Shown here: positions 38,058-46,169 of the stretch, one piece after another
How the letters are laid out: every line of letters begins with the position of its first letter
How positions within the stretch are numbered: the first letter of the stretch is position 1
Source: Herbiconiux sp.
Lineage (GTDB): Bacteria > Actinomycetota > Actinomycetes > Actinomycetales > Microbacteriaceae
DNA length: 64,000 nt
Reading direction: 5' to 3'
Assembly (NCBI RefSeq): GCF_023264855.1
Contig: NZ_JAHFUW010000020.1
Coordinates: 538-64,537, forward strand
The notes under the pieces: model-generated
What the model saw: only the letters and a program-made list of their open reading frames with translations
The model's database searches: none
Told to the model about the DNA's origin: nothing
Position numbers and translations under genes: made by a program

Positions 38058-38972
38058 TCAACGCTGGGCCTGAGGGTGGTAGCGGGCGAGTCCGAACACG
38101 CCCAGGATCGCCACGGCTCCGAACGCGAGGTAGGCGAAGAGCGCCCAGACCGGAGCCTGCGACGCCTCGCCGAGCACCAGGATGCCGATGCCGACCGCCA
38201 CCAGGGGGTCGATGACGGTGAGCCCGGCGATCACCAGGTCGGGCGGGCCCGAGCTGTAGGCGTTCTGCACGAAGTAGCCGCCGAGCGCGAAGGCGGCGAT
38301 CAGGCCGATCAGGGCGAGGATGGTGAGCGCATCGAACTGCCCCTGGAACAGCCGCGAGATGAGCACCTTGGCGAGCGTCGCGACGAAACCGTAGAGCACG
38401 CCAGCGCCCACGATGTAGGCGATCGCCTTGAAGCTCTTGCCGAGCACGATGAAGGCCACGGCGAACAGCACCAGCACGACCGCGAGGACGATCAGGATGG
38501 TCACCAGGTTGCCCGCGGTGACCGGCTTGTCGACGGCGGTGAATGCCGCGACGAGCACGAACAACCCCACTCCGCCCACGCACAGCACGATGGAGATCAC
38601 CGAGCTGCGGTTCAGCTTCACCTTGCTGATGCGGGAGTTGAGCACGGCCGTGATCACGAGGGCCACCGCGCCGAGCGGCTGCACCACGATGATCGGCGAG
38701 AAGCCGAGGCTGGTGAGCTGGAAGACGACGGCCAGGCCCAGCATGAGCGTGCCGAGCACCCAGGAGGGCCGGGCTAGCAGCGCGAACATCTGGCGGGAGC
38801 TGAGACCCTTCACGGCATCGCCGTGCTTGGCCTCGACCTTGGCGACCCCCCGATGCTGGAACTGGGCGCCGAGGCTGAGGAACACGGCGCCGACCAGCGC
38901 GATCGGGATGCCGATGAACTGCTTGGGATCGAGAGCTGTGGGCTCGCTGACGAGCAGCAGTTCGGGATGCAC
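38058..38972 (-). CDS. DMT-superfamily / NIPA-like membrane transporter
   Basis: 304 aa with a GTG start and about 9 helices. The family call is tentative. Confidence 0.65.
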   Translation of the reverse strand: MHPELLLVSEPTALDPKQFIGIPIALVGAVFLSLGAQFQHRGVAKVEAKHGDAVKGLSSRQMFALLARPSWVLGTLMLGLAVVFQLTSLGFSPIIVVQPLGAVALVITAVLNSRISKVKLNRSSVISIVLCVGGVGLFVLVAAFTAVDKPVTAGNLVTILIVLAVVLVLFAVAFIVLGKSFKAIAYIVGAGVLYGFVATLAKVLISRLFQGQFDALTILALIGLIAAFALGGYFVQNAYSSGPPDLVIAGLTVIDPLVAVGIGILVLGEASQAPVWALFAYLAFGAVAILGVFGLARYHPQAQR

Positions 38973-39014
38973 CCGACGACACTACCCCGCCGGCCTCGTG
39001 GATAGGCTTAGCGA

Positions 39015-39581
39015 ATGGCCGTTCTCCCGATCCGGATCTCCGGAGACCCCGTCCTGCACTCCCCCGCGTCGCCGGTGGCCGAGATCGACGACGACCTGCG
39101 CACCCTCGTGGCCGACATGTTCGACACGATGGATGCCGCACCGGGCGTCGGCCTGGCCGGTCCGCAGGTGGGCGTGGGCCTGCGCGTGTTCGTCTACGGC
39201 TGGACCGATGACGACGACGTCGAGTACCGCGGCGTGGCGATCAACCCGGAGCTGTTCATCACTCCCACCCGGCCCGAGCCGGCCGATCCCGACGACGAGT
39301 CCGAGGGCTGCCTGTCGTTCCCGGGCGAGCGGTTCCCGCTCGTGCGCGGCGACAAGGCGCTGCTGCGCGCCACCGATCTCGACGGGCAGCGCTACGAGAT
39401 CGAGGCCTCCGGCTGGCTGGCCCGCATCTTCCAGCACGAATTCGACCACCTCGACGGGCTGCTCTACGTCGACCGGATCGACCGGCCCTACGCCAAGGTC
39501 GCCGAGAAGATCGAGCGCAAGCGCGGCTGGGGCGTTCCCGGGTTCAGCTGGACCCCGGGCGTCGACGACGTCGAGCCCTGA
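39015..39581 (+). CDS. def: peptide deformylase
   Basis: 188 aa. The three family motifs are GVGLAGPQVG, EGCLSFPG and HEFDHLDG. Confidence 0.95.
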   Translation: MAVLPIRISGDPVLHSPASPVAEIDDDLRTLVADMFDTMDAAPGVGLAGPQVGVGLRVFVYGWTDDDDVEYRGVAINPELFITPTRPEPADPDDESEGCLSFPGERFPLVRGDKALLRATDLDGQRYEIEASGWLARIFQHEFDHLDGLLYVDRIDRPYAKVAEKIERKRGWGVPGFSWTPGVDDVEP

Positions 39582-39590
39582 TCCGCCGAT

Positions 39591-39658
39591 TCAGGTGGCG
39601 GCCTGGTTCCGGTGACGGCCGGGTTCAGGTGACGGCGCGGATCAGGTGACGGCGCGGA
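39591..39658. repeat. 17-nt tandem repeat x4 (two perfect, two degenerate) at the azlD 3' end
   Basis: Unit TCAGGTGACGGCGCGGA is perfect at 39625-39641 and 39642-39658. Degenerate units lie at 39591 and 39608. Each perfect unit carries the azlD stop codon and last codons. Confidence 0.85.
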
Positions 39659-39947
39659 TGAGCGCCGCCACGGCCGCCGCCGCGATCACCACCACCACGA
39701 AGGGCACCTTCAGGGCATAGAGCACGCCCGCCACGAGCACGGCGGGCAGGCGGGCGTCGATCTGGATCGACTGGCCGGCCCCGAAGGTCTGCACGGCGAT
39801 CAGCGCCGACAGCAGGGCCACCGTGAGCAGGCTCGCGATGCGCGCCACGGTGGGGTGCGAGAACGCGCGCTCCGGCACGATGTAGCCCACGGTCTTCAGC
39901 GCCACGCAGATGACGGCGGCCAGGATGACGATGTTCCAGGCATTCAT
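39642..39947 (-). CDS. azlD: AzlD family branched-chain amino-acid transport protein
   Basis: Internal ATG at 39947, overlapping the azlC stop (TGATG). 101 aa, 3-4 helices. Confidence 0.8.
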   Translation of the reverse strand: MNAWNIVILAAVICVALKTVGYIVPERAFSHPTVARIASLLTVALLSALIAVQTFGAGQSIQIDARLPAVLVAGVLYALKVPFVVVVIAAAAVAALIRAVT

Positions 39948-40678
39948 CAGGTCGCCTCCGCGTTGCCGCCGGGTGCGGCATCCGGTGTACCTTTCCGGCC
40001 GAGGATGTTGAAGCCGCCGACCACGATCGCGACCCCGGCCGCCACCAGCACGGGCAGCCCGGGCACCAGAACGGGCGTCAGCAGGGTCGCGACGAGTGCT
40101 GCGGCCACGGCGACCGCCTGCGTCTGCCGCTCCTTCAGGCGCGGCCACAGCAGTCCCAGGAAGGCGGCTGCGGCCGCCGCATCCAGCCCGTAGGCGCTGA
40201 CGTCGCCGATCAGGTCGCCGATCAGCGCTCCGATCAGCGTGGTGAGGTTCCAGCCGAGGTAGATGGCGATTCCGGTCACCCAGAAACCCATCCGCTGGGC
40301 CGCGAGGGTGGGCTGGGCGATCGCCACCGCAGTCGATTCGTCGATGGTCAACTGGGCTGCCGCCGCGCGCTTGAAGAAGCCCGGGCCCACGATCGGCGCC
40401 ATCCGGATCGAGTAGAACACGTTGCGGGTGCCGAGCAGGGCCGCGCTGGTGATGGCGGCGGGACCGGCCGCCAGGCCCCCCGAGGCGAGCACGCCGATCA
40501 GGGCGAACTGCGAGCCGCCGGTGAACATCACCAGGCTCAGGAAGCAGGTCTGCCAGACGTCGAGCCCCGAGAGCGTGGCCAGGGCGCCGAACGACACCCC
40601 GTAGACGGCGGTCGCGAGACCGACGGCGAGACCGTTGCGCAGGGCCGCTGTTTCGGCGGGGGTGCGCTCGGTCATCAT
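39947..40678 (-). CDS. azlC: AzlC family branched-chain amino-acid permease
   Basis: Internal ATG (MMTERTPAE...). Contains SFGALA...SLVMFTGGSQF. The start could also be 40675. Confidence 0.85.
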   Translation of the reverse strand: MMTERTPAETAALRNGLAVGLATAVYGVSFGALATLSGLDVWQTCFLSLVMFTGGSQFALIGVLASGGLAAGPAAITSAALLGTRNVFYSIRMAPIVGPGFFKRAAAAQLTIDESTAVAIAQPTLAAQRMGFWVTGIAIYLGWNLTTLIGALIGDLIGDVSAYGLDAAAAAAFLGLLWPRLKERQTQAVAVAAALVATLLTPVLVPGLPVLVAAGVAIVVGGFNILGRKGTPDAAPGGNAEAT

Positions 40679-40780
40679 CCGATGATGCCAGATGGCGTAT
40701 GCCCCACCGGATGCCACCCGGGTGCTAGTGGCCTCGGGTGCCGGCAGCCTTCTGCCCACCCCCGCACGGCCGCCGGCCGG

Positions 40781-40816
40781 AAACGAAAAAGGCCCGGAGG
40801 GTGGAGCCTCCGGACC
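40781..40816 (-). terminator. rho-independent terminator downstream of tRNA-Asn
   Basis: On the minus strand: GGTCCGGAGG-ctccac-CCTCCGGGCC followed by TTTTTCGTTT. Confidence 0.8.
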
Positions 40817-40820
40817 TTCG

Positions 40821-40893
40821 CTCCCCGACTTGGACTCGAACCAAGAACCTGCCGGTTAACAGCCGGCTGCTCTGCCAATTGAGCTATCGAGGA
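40821..40893 (-). tRNA. tRNA-Asn (anticodon GTT)
   Basis: Reverse complement TCCTCGA/TCGGGGA acceptor stem, GCCGG-CTGTTAA-CCGGC anticodon arm and CTTGG-TTCGAGT-CCAAG T arm. Confidence 0.95.
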
Positions 40894-40990
40894 ATGCTGC
40901 TGAATGAGCGTCAATACACTATCACGGAGTTCGGGGGCCCTTTGTCACGACGACGGCTTCGAGCCGTCGACGCCCGGTTCCGGGAGTCGG

Positions 40991-41929
40991 TCAGTAGCCG
41001 GCCGTGGGGTCGACGCGGCCCGTGAATTCGCCGGAGTCGAGGAAGGCGCGCACGTTCCGGCGGATGCGTTCCGCGAGCATCGGGGCGGTCATCTCGGGCG
41101 TGTCCGCCGAGTGCGGCGTGATGATCGCGTTCGGCGCCGACCAGAGCGGATGCCCCTCGGGAAGCGGCTCCGGATCGGTGACGTCGAGGCCGGCCCCGGC
41201 GATCGAACCCTCGTCGAGGGCAGTCACCAGAGCGTCGGTGTCGACCAGGCCGCCGCGGGCGACGTTGACCAGGAGAGCCGACCGCTTCATGCGCTCGAAC
41301 TCGGCTGCCCCGAACATCTTGGCCGTGCCCCCGGTGAAGGCGGCGGCGACCACGACGAGATTGGCGTCGGGGAGCACCTCGTGCAGCCGCTCGGCGGTCA
41401 CGGTTCGATCGGCACCCGGGACCGCGGCATCCTGGCGCCGCACGACGGTGCTGCGCACCTGGAACGGTTCGAGCAGGCGCAGCAGTTCGAGCGCGATGCC
41501 GCCCGCGCCGACGATCACCACGTCGAGCCCGTACAGCGAGGTCCCGGCCTTGCCGCCCCAGCTCGAGGCGCGCAGGCGGGTCGGCAGCTGCCGCAGCAGG
41601 GCGAGCGAGAGCGTGAGGGCGTGCTCGGCCACCGGCCGGGCGAAGGCGCCCTTCGCGCTGGTCCACACCAGGCCGGGGCGCGACTGCTCGCGGATGACCT
41701 CGGCGAAGGCGTCGACGCCCGCCCACGGCAATTGCACCCATTCGATCGACGGATGCTCGCGCAGGATCTGTCGCAACCCCTCCGGATCGCGATAGCTCAG
41801 CCAGACCAGACCCCGGGTCTCCGCCGAGAGCGGCGCGACGGTTCCGCCAGCCGATGCGACGGCCTCGGTGAACACCCGGTCGGCCTGCGGGAGCACGGCG
41901 ATCGGCCCGGGCGTGGGGTGGTCAGGCAC
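40991..41929 (-). CDS. D-isomer-specific 2-hydroxyacid dehydrogenase family protein
   Basis: GTG at 41929, just after the ABC ATPase stop. NAD motif VVIVGAGGIA. Contains NVARGGLVDTDAL and PHSA. The longer ORF to 42184 is the T/R-rich antisense shadow of the ABC tail. Confidence 0.8.
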   Translation of the reverse strand: MPDHPTPGPIAVLPQADRVFTEAVASAGGTVAPLSAETRGLVWLSYRDPEGLRQILREHPSIEWVQLPWAGVDAFAEVIREQSRPGLVWTSAKGAFARPVAEHALTLSLALLRQLPTRLRASSWGGKAGTSLYGLDVVIVGAGGIALELLRLLEPFQVRSTVVRRQDAAVPGADRTVTAERLHEVLPDANLVVVAAAFTGGTAKMFGAAEFERMKRSALLVNVARGGLVDTDALVTALDEGSIAGAGLDVTDPEPLPEGHPLWSAPNAIITPHSADTPEMTAPMLAERIRRNVRAFLDSGEFTGRVDPTAGY

Positions 41930-42854
41930 GGTCGGCGTCGTCGCCGGCTTCGCCGCGCTCGCCCTCGCCGTCGTAGCCCTCGCCGCCTTCGTCGTCGTAG
42001 CCGTCTTCGTCCGCGTCCTCGTCGTCGTAGTCGTCCTCGTCGACCTCGTCGACGTGCAGCTCCCGGGCCAGCCCGGCCACGTACGGATGCCGCGGGTCAC
42101 CGAGAACCTCGTCGATCGTGCCGAGACCCACCACGACGCCCTCGTGGATGACCGCGATGCGGTCCACCGAGCGCCGCAGGGCATCGAGATCGTGGCTCAC
42201 GATCAGCGCGCTGGCACCGCGGGAGCGCTGGAGCCCGGCGATCACGTCGATGACCGCGCCGCGCACCGACACGTCGACACCCGCGGTGGGCTCGTCGGCG
42301 ATCAGCAGCACCGGGTCGAGGATCAGCCCCCGGGCCACAGCCACGCGCTGCCGCTGGCCGCTGGAGAGCTCGTGCGGCTGCTTCAGCATCGTGCCGACGG
42401 GCAGCAGGAGCGCGTCGACCAGGGTGGCGGCCTTCAGGCCGGCCTCCCGTCGATCGAAACGGCGATCCCGCAGGAAGAGCGGTTCGGCGACCAGCTCGGC
42501 GACCGTCATGTTCGAGGTGAGCTTGGAGCCGGCATCCTGAGCCACGTACCCCACGCCGGCGGTGAGCTTGCTCACCTTCGACCGCTTGATGCCACGCATC
42601 GTGTAGCCGAGCACGTCGAGCGTGCCGCCGACGATCCGCGGCGAGTTGTCTTTGGAGGTGCGCAGCGCCGCCTGACCCGAGGCCACGTGGGCGAGGGTCG
42701 ACTTGCCCGAGCCGCTGGAGCCCACCAGACCGACGATCTCGCCGGGCGCGAGGGTGAGCGTGAAGCCTTTGACGGCGGTGAACGCCGAACTCACACTGTG
42801 TGCCGGGTATTCGATCGTCACGTCCGAAGCCGTGATCACATTTCGGTCAACCAT
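41922..42854 (-). CDS. ABC transporter ATP-binding protein (single NBD) with D/E/Y/G-rich C-terminal tail
   Basis: 310 aa. Walker A GSSGSGKST, signature LSSGQRQR, Walker B LLIADEPT and H-loop SHD. Tail: VDEVDEDDYDDEDADEDGYDDEGGEGYDGEGERGEAGDDADRA. Confidence 0.9.
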   Translation of the reverse strand: MVDRNVITASDVTIEYPAHSVSSAFTAVKGFTLTLAPGEIVGLVGSSGSGKSTLAHVASGQAALRTSKDNSPRIVGGTLDVLGYTMRGIKRSKVSKLTAGVGYVAQDAGSKLTSNMTVAELVAEPLFLRDRRFDRREAGLKAATLVDALLLPVGTMLKQPHELSSGQRQRVAVARGLILDPVLLIADEPTAGVDVSVRGAVIDVIAGLQRSRGASALIVSHDLDALRRSVDRIAVIHEGVVVGLGTIDEVLGDPRHPYVAGLARELHVDEVDEDDYDDEDADEDGYDDEGGEGYDGEGERGEAGDDADRA

Positions 42855-42880
42855 GAGGCTTCGAGCCTATGCGGAAGCTC

Positions 42881-44833
42881 TCATTCCGCTCGTAGGGCGC
42901 GGCGGTCGGCCTCGACTTGCACCAGTTGCACAGCGATCTCGCGGTAGGCGACGGGCTCGGCCACGGCATCGGTTCGCTGCAGACGGCCCTGCAGCTCTTC
43001 CTTTCGGCGGCGGAGGTGCCGCTCGATCAGCGACACGGTGATGCTGCGCAGGTAGATCTCGGGGGCGCGCTCGGGGCGCTCGGGGATGGGCGCGACGGCG
43101 AGCTGCTCCACCAGCGAGCGATACTCCTCGGGCACGTCGGCCTGCACCGTGCTCACCCAGTCGGCACGATCGAAGGACTCGATGTTGCGGCCGATCGAAT
43201 CACGAACGGCGGCCAGCGCCGGGTGGCTGAATCCGCAGCCGCTGGCCCGCTCGAGCAGGTCGCGGCCGACGACCGTGGGCGACTGGAGCATTGCCATCAG
43301 CGCGTCGCGCTCGGTGCGCACGGCGGTGGTGCCGGGCAGCTGGGTGATCGAGACCGACTGTCGCGGAGCCGCCGCGGGCGGGCCGTCTTGCGGTGCGGGG
43401 CCCGAGCCGTCGCGCGAACCGGAGGGGCGGGTGGCGCCTTGGTCCCCGGATGCTCCCGCGCCCGATTGGGCATCGGGTCGCGACGAGCGGCGCTCGTCCG
43501 GCGTACCGGCCGCACGGGTGCCGCCCCGGGCGACCGCTCGCTGCACCTCGTCGAGGTCCATGCCGAGCATCCCGGCCAGCTGGCGGGTGTAGCCCGGGCG
43601 CAAGGAGGGATCGCGGATGTCGGCGACGATCGGCGCCGCATCACGCAGGGCCGCCACCCGCCCCTCCACGGTCTCGAGGTTGTAGGCCGAGAGCTTCTGG
43701 CGGATCACGAACTCGAACATCGGCTTCTTGCCCTTGACCAGGCGCCGCACCGCGTCGTCGCCCTTGGCCAGCCGCAGGTCGCAGGGGTCGAGGCCGTCGG
43801 TGCCGACGGCCACATAGGTCTGGGCCGCGAAACGCTGCTCCTCGCTGAAGGCGCGCAGGGCGGCCTTCTGGCCGGCCGCATCCGGATCGAAGGTGAAGAT
43901 CACCTCGCCGAGCCCCGCCGAGTCGTCGGACAGCACCCGGCGCATGATCTTGATGTGGTCGACTCCGAAGGAGGTGCCGCAGGTGGCGACCGCGGTGGTG
44001 ACGCCGGCTAGGTGGCAGGCCATGACGTCGGTGTAGCCCTCGACCACCACGACCTGGCGACTGCGGGCGATGTCGCGTTTGGCGAGGTCGAGCCCGTACA
44101 GCACCTGCGCCTTGTGGTACACGACGGTCTCGGGGGTGTTGAGGTACTTGGGCCCCTTGTCGTCATCGAAGAGACGGCGGGCGCCGAAACCGACGGTCTG
44201 GCCGGTCTGGTCGCGGATGGGCCAGATCAGGCGACCCCGGAAGCGGTCGTAGGTGCCGCGGTCGCCGGCGCTCAGGAGGCCGGCGGCCGTGAGCTCGGCC
44301 TCGGTGAAGCCGCGGCCCTTCAGGTGCTTGCCCAGGTTGTCCCAGCCCTGCGGCGCATAGCCCACACCGAAGTGGGCGGCCACCGAGGCGTCGAAGCCGC
44401 GCTCACCGAGGAAGGCGCGGCCGGCGTCGGCGCCGGGAGCGACGAGCTGCTCGGCGAAGTACTCGCGGGCGGCCTCGTTCGCGGCCAGCAGGCGGGCACG
44501 GTTGCCCTGGTCGGCCGCCGCTCCCCCGTCTTCGTAGTGCAGCTGGAAGCCGATCTTGGCCGCCAGGCGCTCGACGGCCTCCGAGAACGTGACGTGGTCC
44601 ATCTTCTGCAGGAAGGTGAACACGTCGCCGCCCTCGCCGCAGCCGAAGCAGTGGTAGTAGCCCACCTGGGGCCGCACATGGAAGCTCGGCGACCGCTCGT
44701 CGTGGAAGGGGCACAGGCCCTTCATCGAGCCCACCCCGGCGCTCTTCAGGGTGACGAAATCACCCACCACGTCGGCGATGTTGATCCGCGACCGGACTTC
44801 GTCGATGTCGCCCCGACGGATCAGTCCTGCCAT
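42881..44833 (-). CDS. dnaG: DNA primase
   Basis: 650 aa. Zinc finger CPFHDERSPSF...CFGCG. TOPRIM EGYTDVM. Confidence 0.95.
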   Translation of the reverse strand: MAGLIRRGDIDEVRSRINIADVVGDFVTLKSAGVGSMKGLCPFHDERSPSFHVRPQVGYYHCFGCGEGGDVFTFLQKMDHVTFSEAVERLAAKIGFQLHYEDGGAAADQGNRARLLAANEAAREYFAEQLVAPGADAGRAFLGERGFDASVAAHFGVGYAPQGWDNLGKHLKGRGFTEAELTAAGLLSAGDRGTYDRFRGRLIWPIRDQTGQTVGFGARRLFDDDKGPKYLNTPETVVYHKAQVLYGLDLAKRDIARSRQVVVVEGYTDVMACHLAGVTTAVATCGTSFGVDHIKIMRRVLSDDSAGLGEVIFTFDPDAAGQKAALRAFSEEQRFAAQTYVAVGTDGLDPCDLRLAKGDDAVRRLVKGKKPMFEFVIRQKLSAYNLETVEGRVAALRDAAPIVADIRDPSLRPGYTRQLAGMLGMDLDEVQRAVARGGTRAAGTPDERRSSRPDAQSGAGASGDQGATRPSGSRDGSGPAPQDGPPAAAPRQSVSITQLPGTTAVRTERDALMAMLQSPTVVGRDLLERASGCGFSHPALAAVRDSIGRNIESFDRADWVSTVQADVPEEYRSLVEQLAVAPIPERPERAPEIYLRSITVSLIERHLRRRKEELQGRLQRTDAVAEPVAYREIAVQLVQVEADRRALRAE

Positions 44834-44837
44834 CTCT

Positions 44838-46169
44838 CTAGGATACGTTCCCGTGGTCGGAGCCGGTCACGGAGACGGACATCCGTGCGGGCTCCCCGCA
44901 GAGGAAGTCGTGCCGGGCGACGGCGGTCTGGTCGGTGAGGCTCGCCACCTGGTCGACCACCACGCGCTTGCGGGCGACGTCGTCGCCGGCCGCGCGCCAA
45001 TCGCTCGCGAAGGCCGTGTCGAGCGCCTGCCCGTCGGACTCCCACAGCGCGTCGGCGAGCTCGGAGAGCAGGCCGCGCTGGGTGGAGTAGAGGGGTTGGC
45101 GCGCATCGTTGCTCATCACGAACACCGAGACGATGCCCTTGAGGGTGGCGATCTCGGCGGCCACCCACTCCGGCACCACGACGTTCGCCTTGTAGCGGGT
45201 GATGCTGGGGGTCGGATAGGCCTCGCGGGTGGCTCGCGTGGCGGCGCCGGCGAAACGGCCGATCAGCTGACTCGTGAGGTTCTTCAGGCGAGCGTGATCG
45301 CGCCGCGAGTCGTCCCACTCCGAGAGCCACACCTTCAGCGAGTCGAGCCGGTCGAAGGCCTCGGTGAGCGCGTCGAGCGAGAAACCACCCCCGGCCCGGG
45401 CATGGATGCGCTGCACCAGATCGGCGTGGTCGACGCGCTCGCCGAGCACGCGAACGTCGATGTAGCCGTTCAGCACCGCGTCTTCGAAGTCGTGCACCGA
45501 ATAGGCGATGTCGTCGGAGAGGTCCATCACCTGCGCCTCGACGCAGAGGGTGCGCTCGGGGGCGCCGATCCGCAGCCAGCGGAACACCTCGACGTCGTCG
45601 TCGTACACCCCGTACTTCAGGCGGCCGCTGGGGTCTTTCACCGGGTCGTCATGCGTCCACGGGTATTTGCAGCTGGCGTCGAGGCTGGCCCGGGTGAGGT
45701 TGAGCCCCACGCTCCGCCCGCTCTCGTCGAACACCTTCGGCTCGAGCCGGCTCAGGATGCGCAGGCTCTGCGCGTTGCCCTCGAAGCCGCCGATGTCGGC
45801 CGCCCAGTCGTTGAGGGCGCGTTCGCCGTTGTGCCCGAACGGCGGATGCCCGAGGTCGTGGGCGAGGCACGCGCTGTCGACCACATCGGGATCGAGATCG
45901 AGGCTCGTGGCGAGCTCGCGCCCCACCTGCGCCACTTCGAGGGAGTGCGTGAGGCGGTTGCGCGCGAAGTCGGCGACGACGGCCGGGCTCAGCACCTGCG
46001 TCTTCGCCGCGAGTCGGCGAAGCGAGGAGGAATGCAGGATGCGTGCCCGGTCACGCGCGAAGTCGCTGCGGCGGGTGTAATGCTCTTCGGGCAGCAGACG
46101 CTCGGCGTCGGAATCGGAGTACCCCTTGGTGGGGGCGTAGGTGGAGACGTCGATCGCGTCTGCCACCAC
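44838..46169 (-). CDS. dgt: dGTP triphosphohydrolase-like HD-domain protein
   Basis: GTG at 46169 or 46166. Contains RSDFARDRARILHSSSLRRLAAKTQV, HSLEV and AHDLGHPPFGH. No other start codon lies upstream of the conserved N-terminal motif. Confidence 0.9.
   Translation of the reverse strand: MVADAIDVSTYAPTKGYSDSDAERLLPEEHYTRRSDFARDRARILHSSSLRRLAAKTQVLSPAVVADFARNRLTHSLEVAQVGRELATSLDLDPDVVDSACLAHDLGHPPFGHNGERALNDWAADIGGFEGNAQSLRILSRLEPKVFDESGRSVGLNLTRASLDASCKYPWTHDDPVKDPSGRLKYGVYDDDVEVFRWLRIGAPERTLCVEAQVMDLSDDIAYSVHDFEDAVLNGYIDVRVLGERVDHADLVQRIHARAGGGFSLDALTEAFDRLDSLKVWLSEWDDSRRDHARLKNLTSQLIGRFAGAATRATREAYPTPSITRYKANVVVPEWVAAEIATLKGIVSVFVMSNDARQPLYSTQRGLLSELADALWESDGQALDTAFASDWRAAGDDVARKRVVVDQVASLTDQTAVARHDFLCGEPARMSVSVTGSDHGNVS

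Noticed and set aside
41930-42184. An N-terminal extension of the dehydrogenase ORF, rich in T/R/K (TTTTTRTRTKTATTTK)
   Set aside because: It is the reverse-complement reading of the acidic GAC/GAG-rich tail of the ABC ATPase gene. The GTG at 41929, just after that gene's stop, gives a normal-length dehydrogenase.
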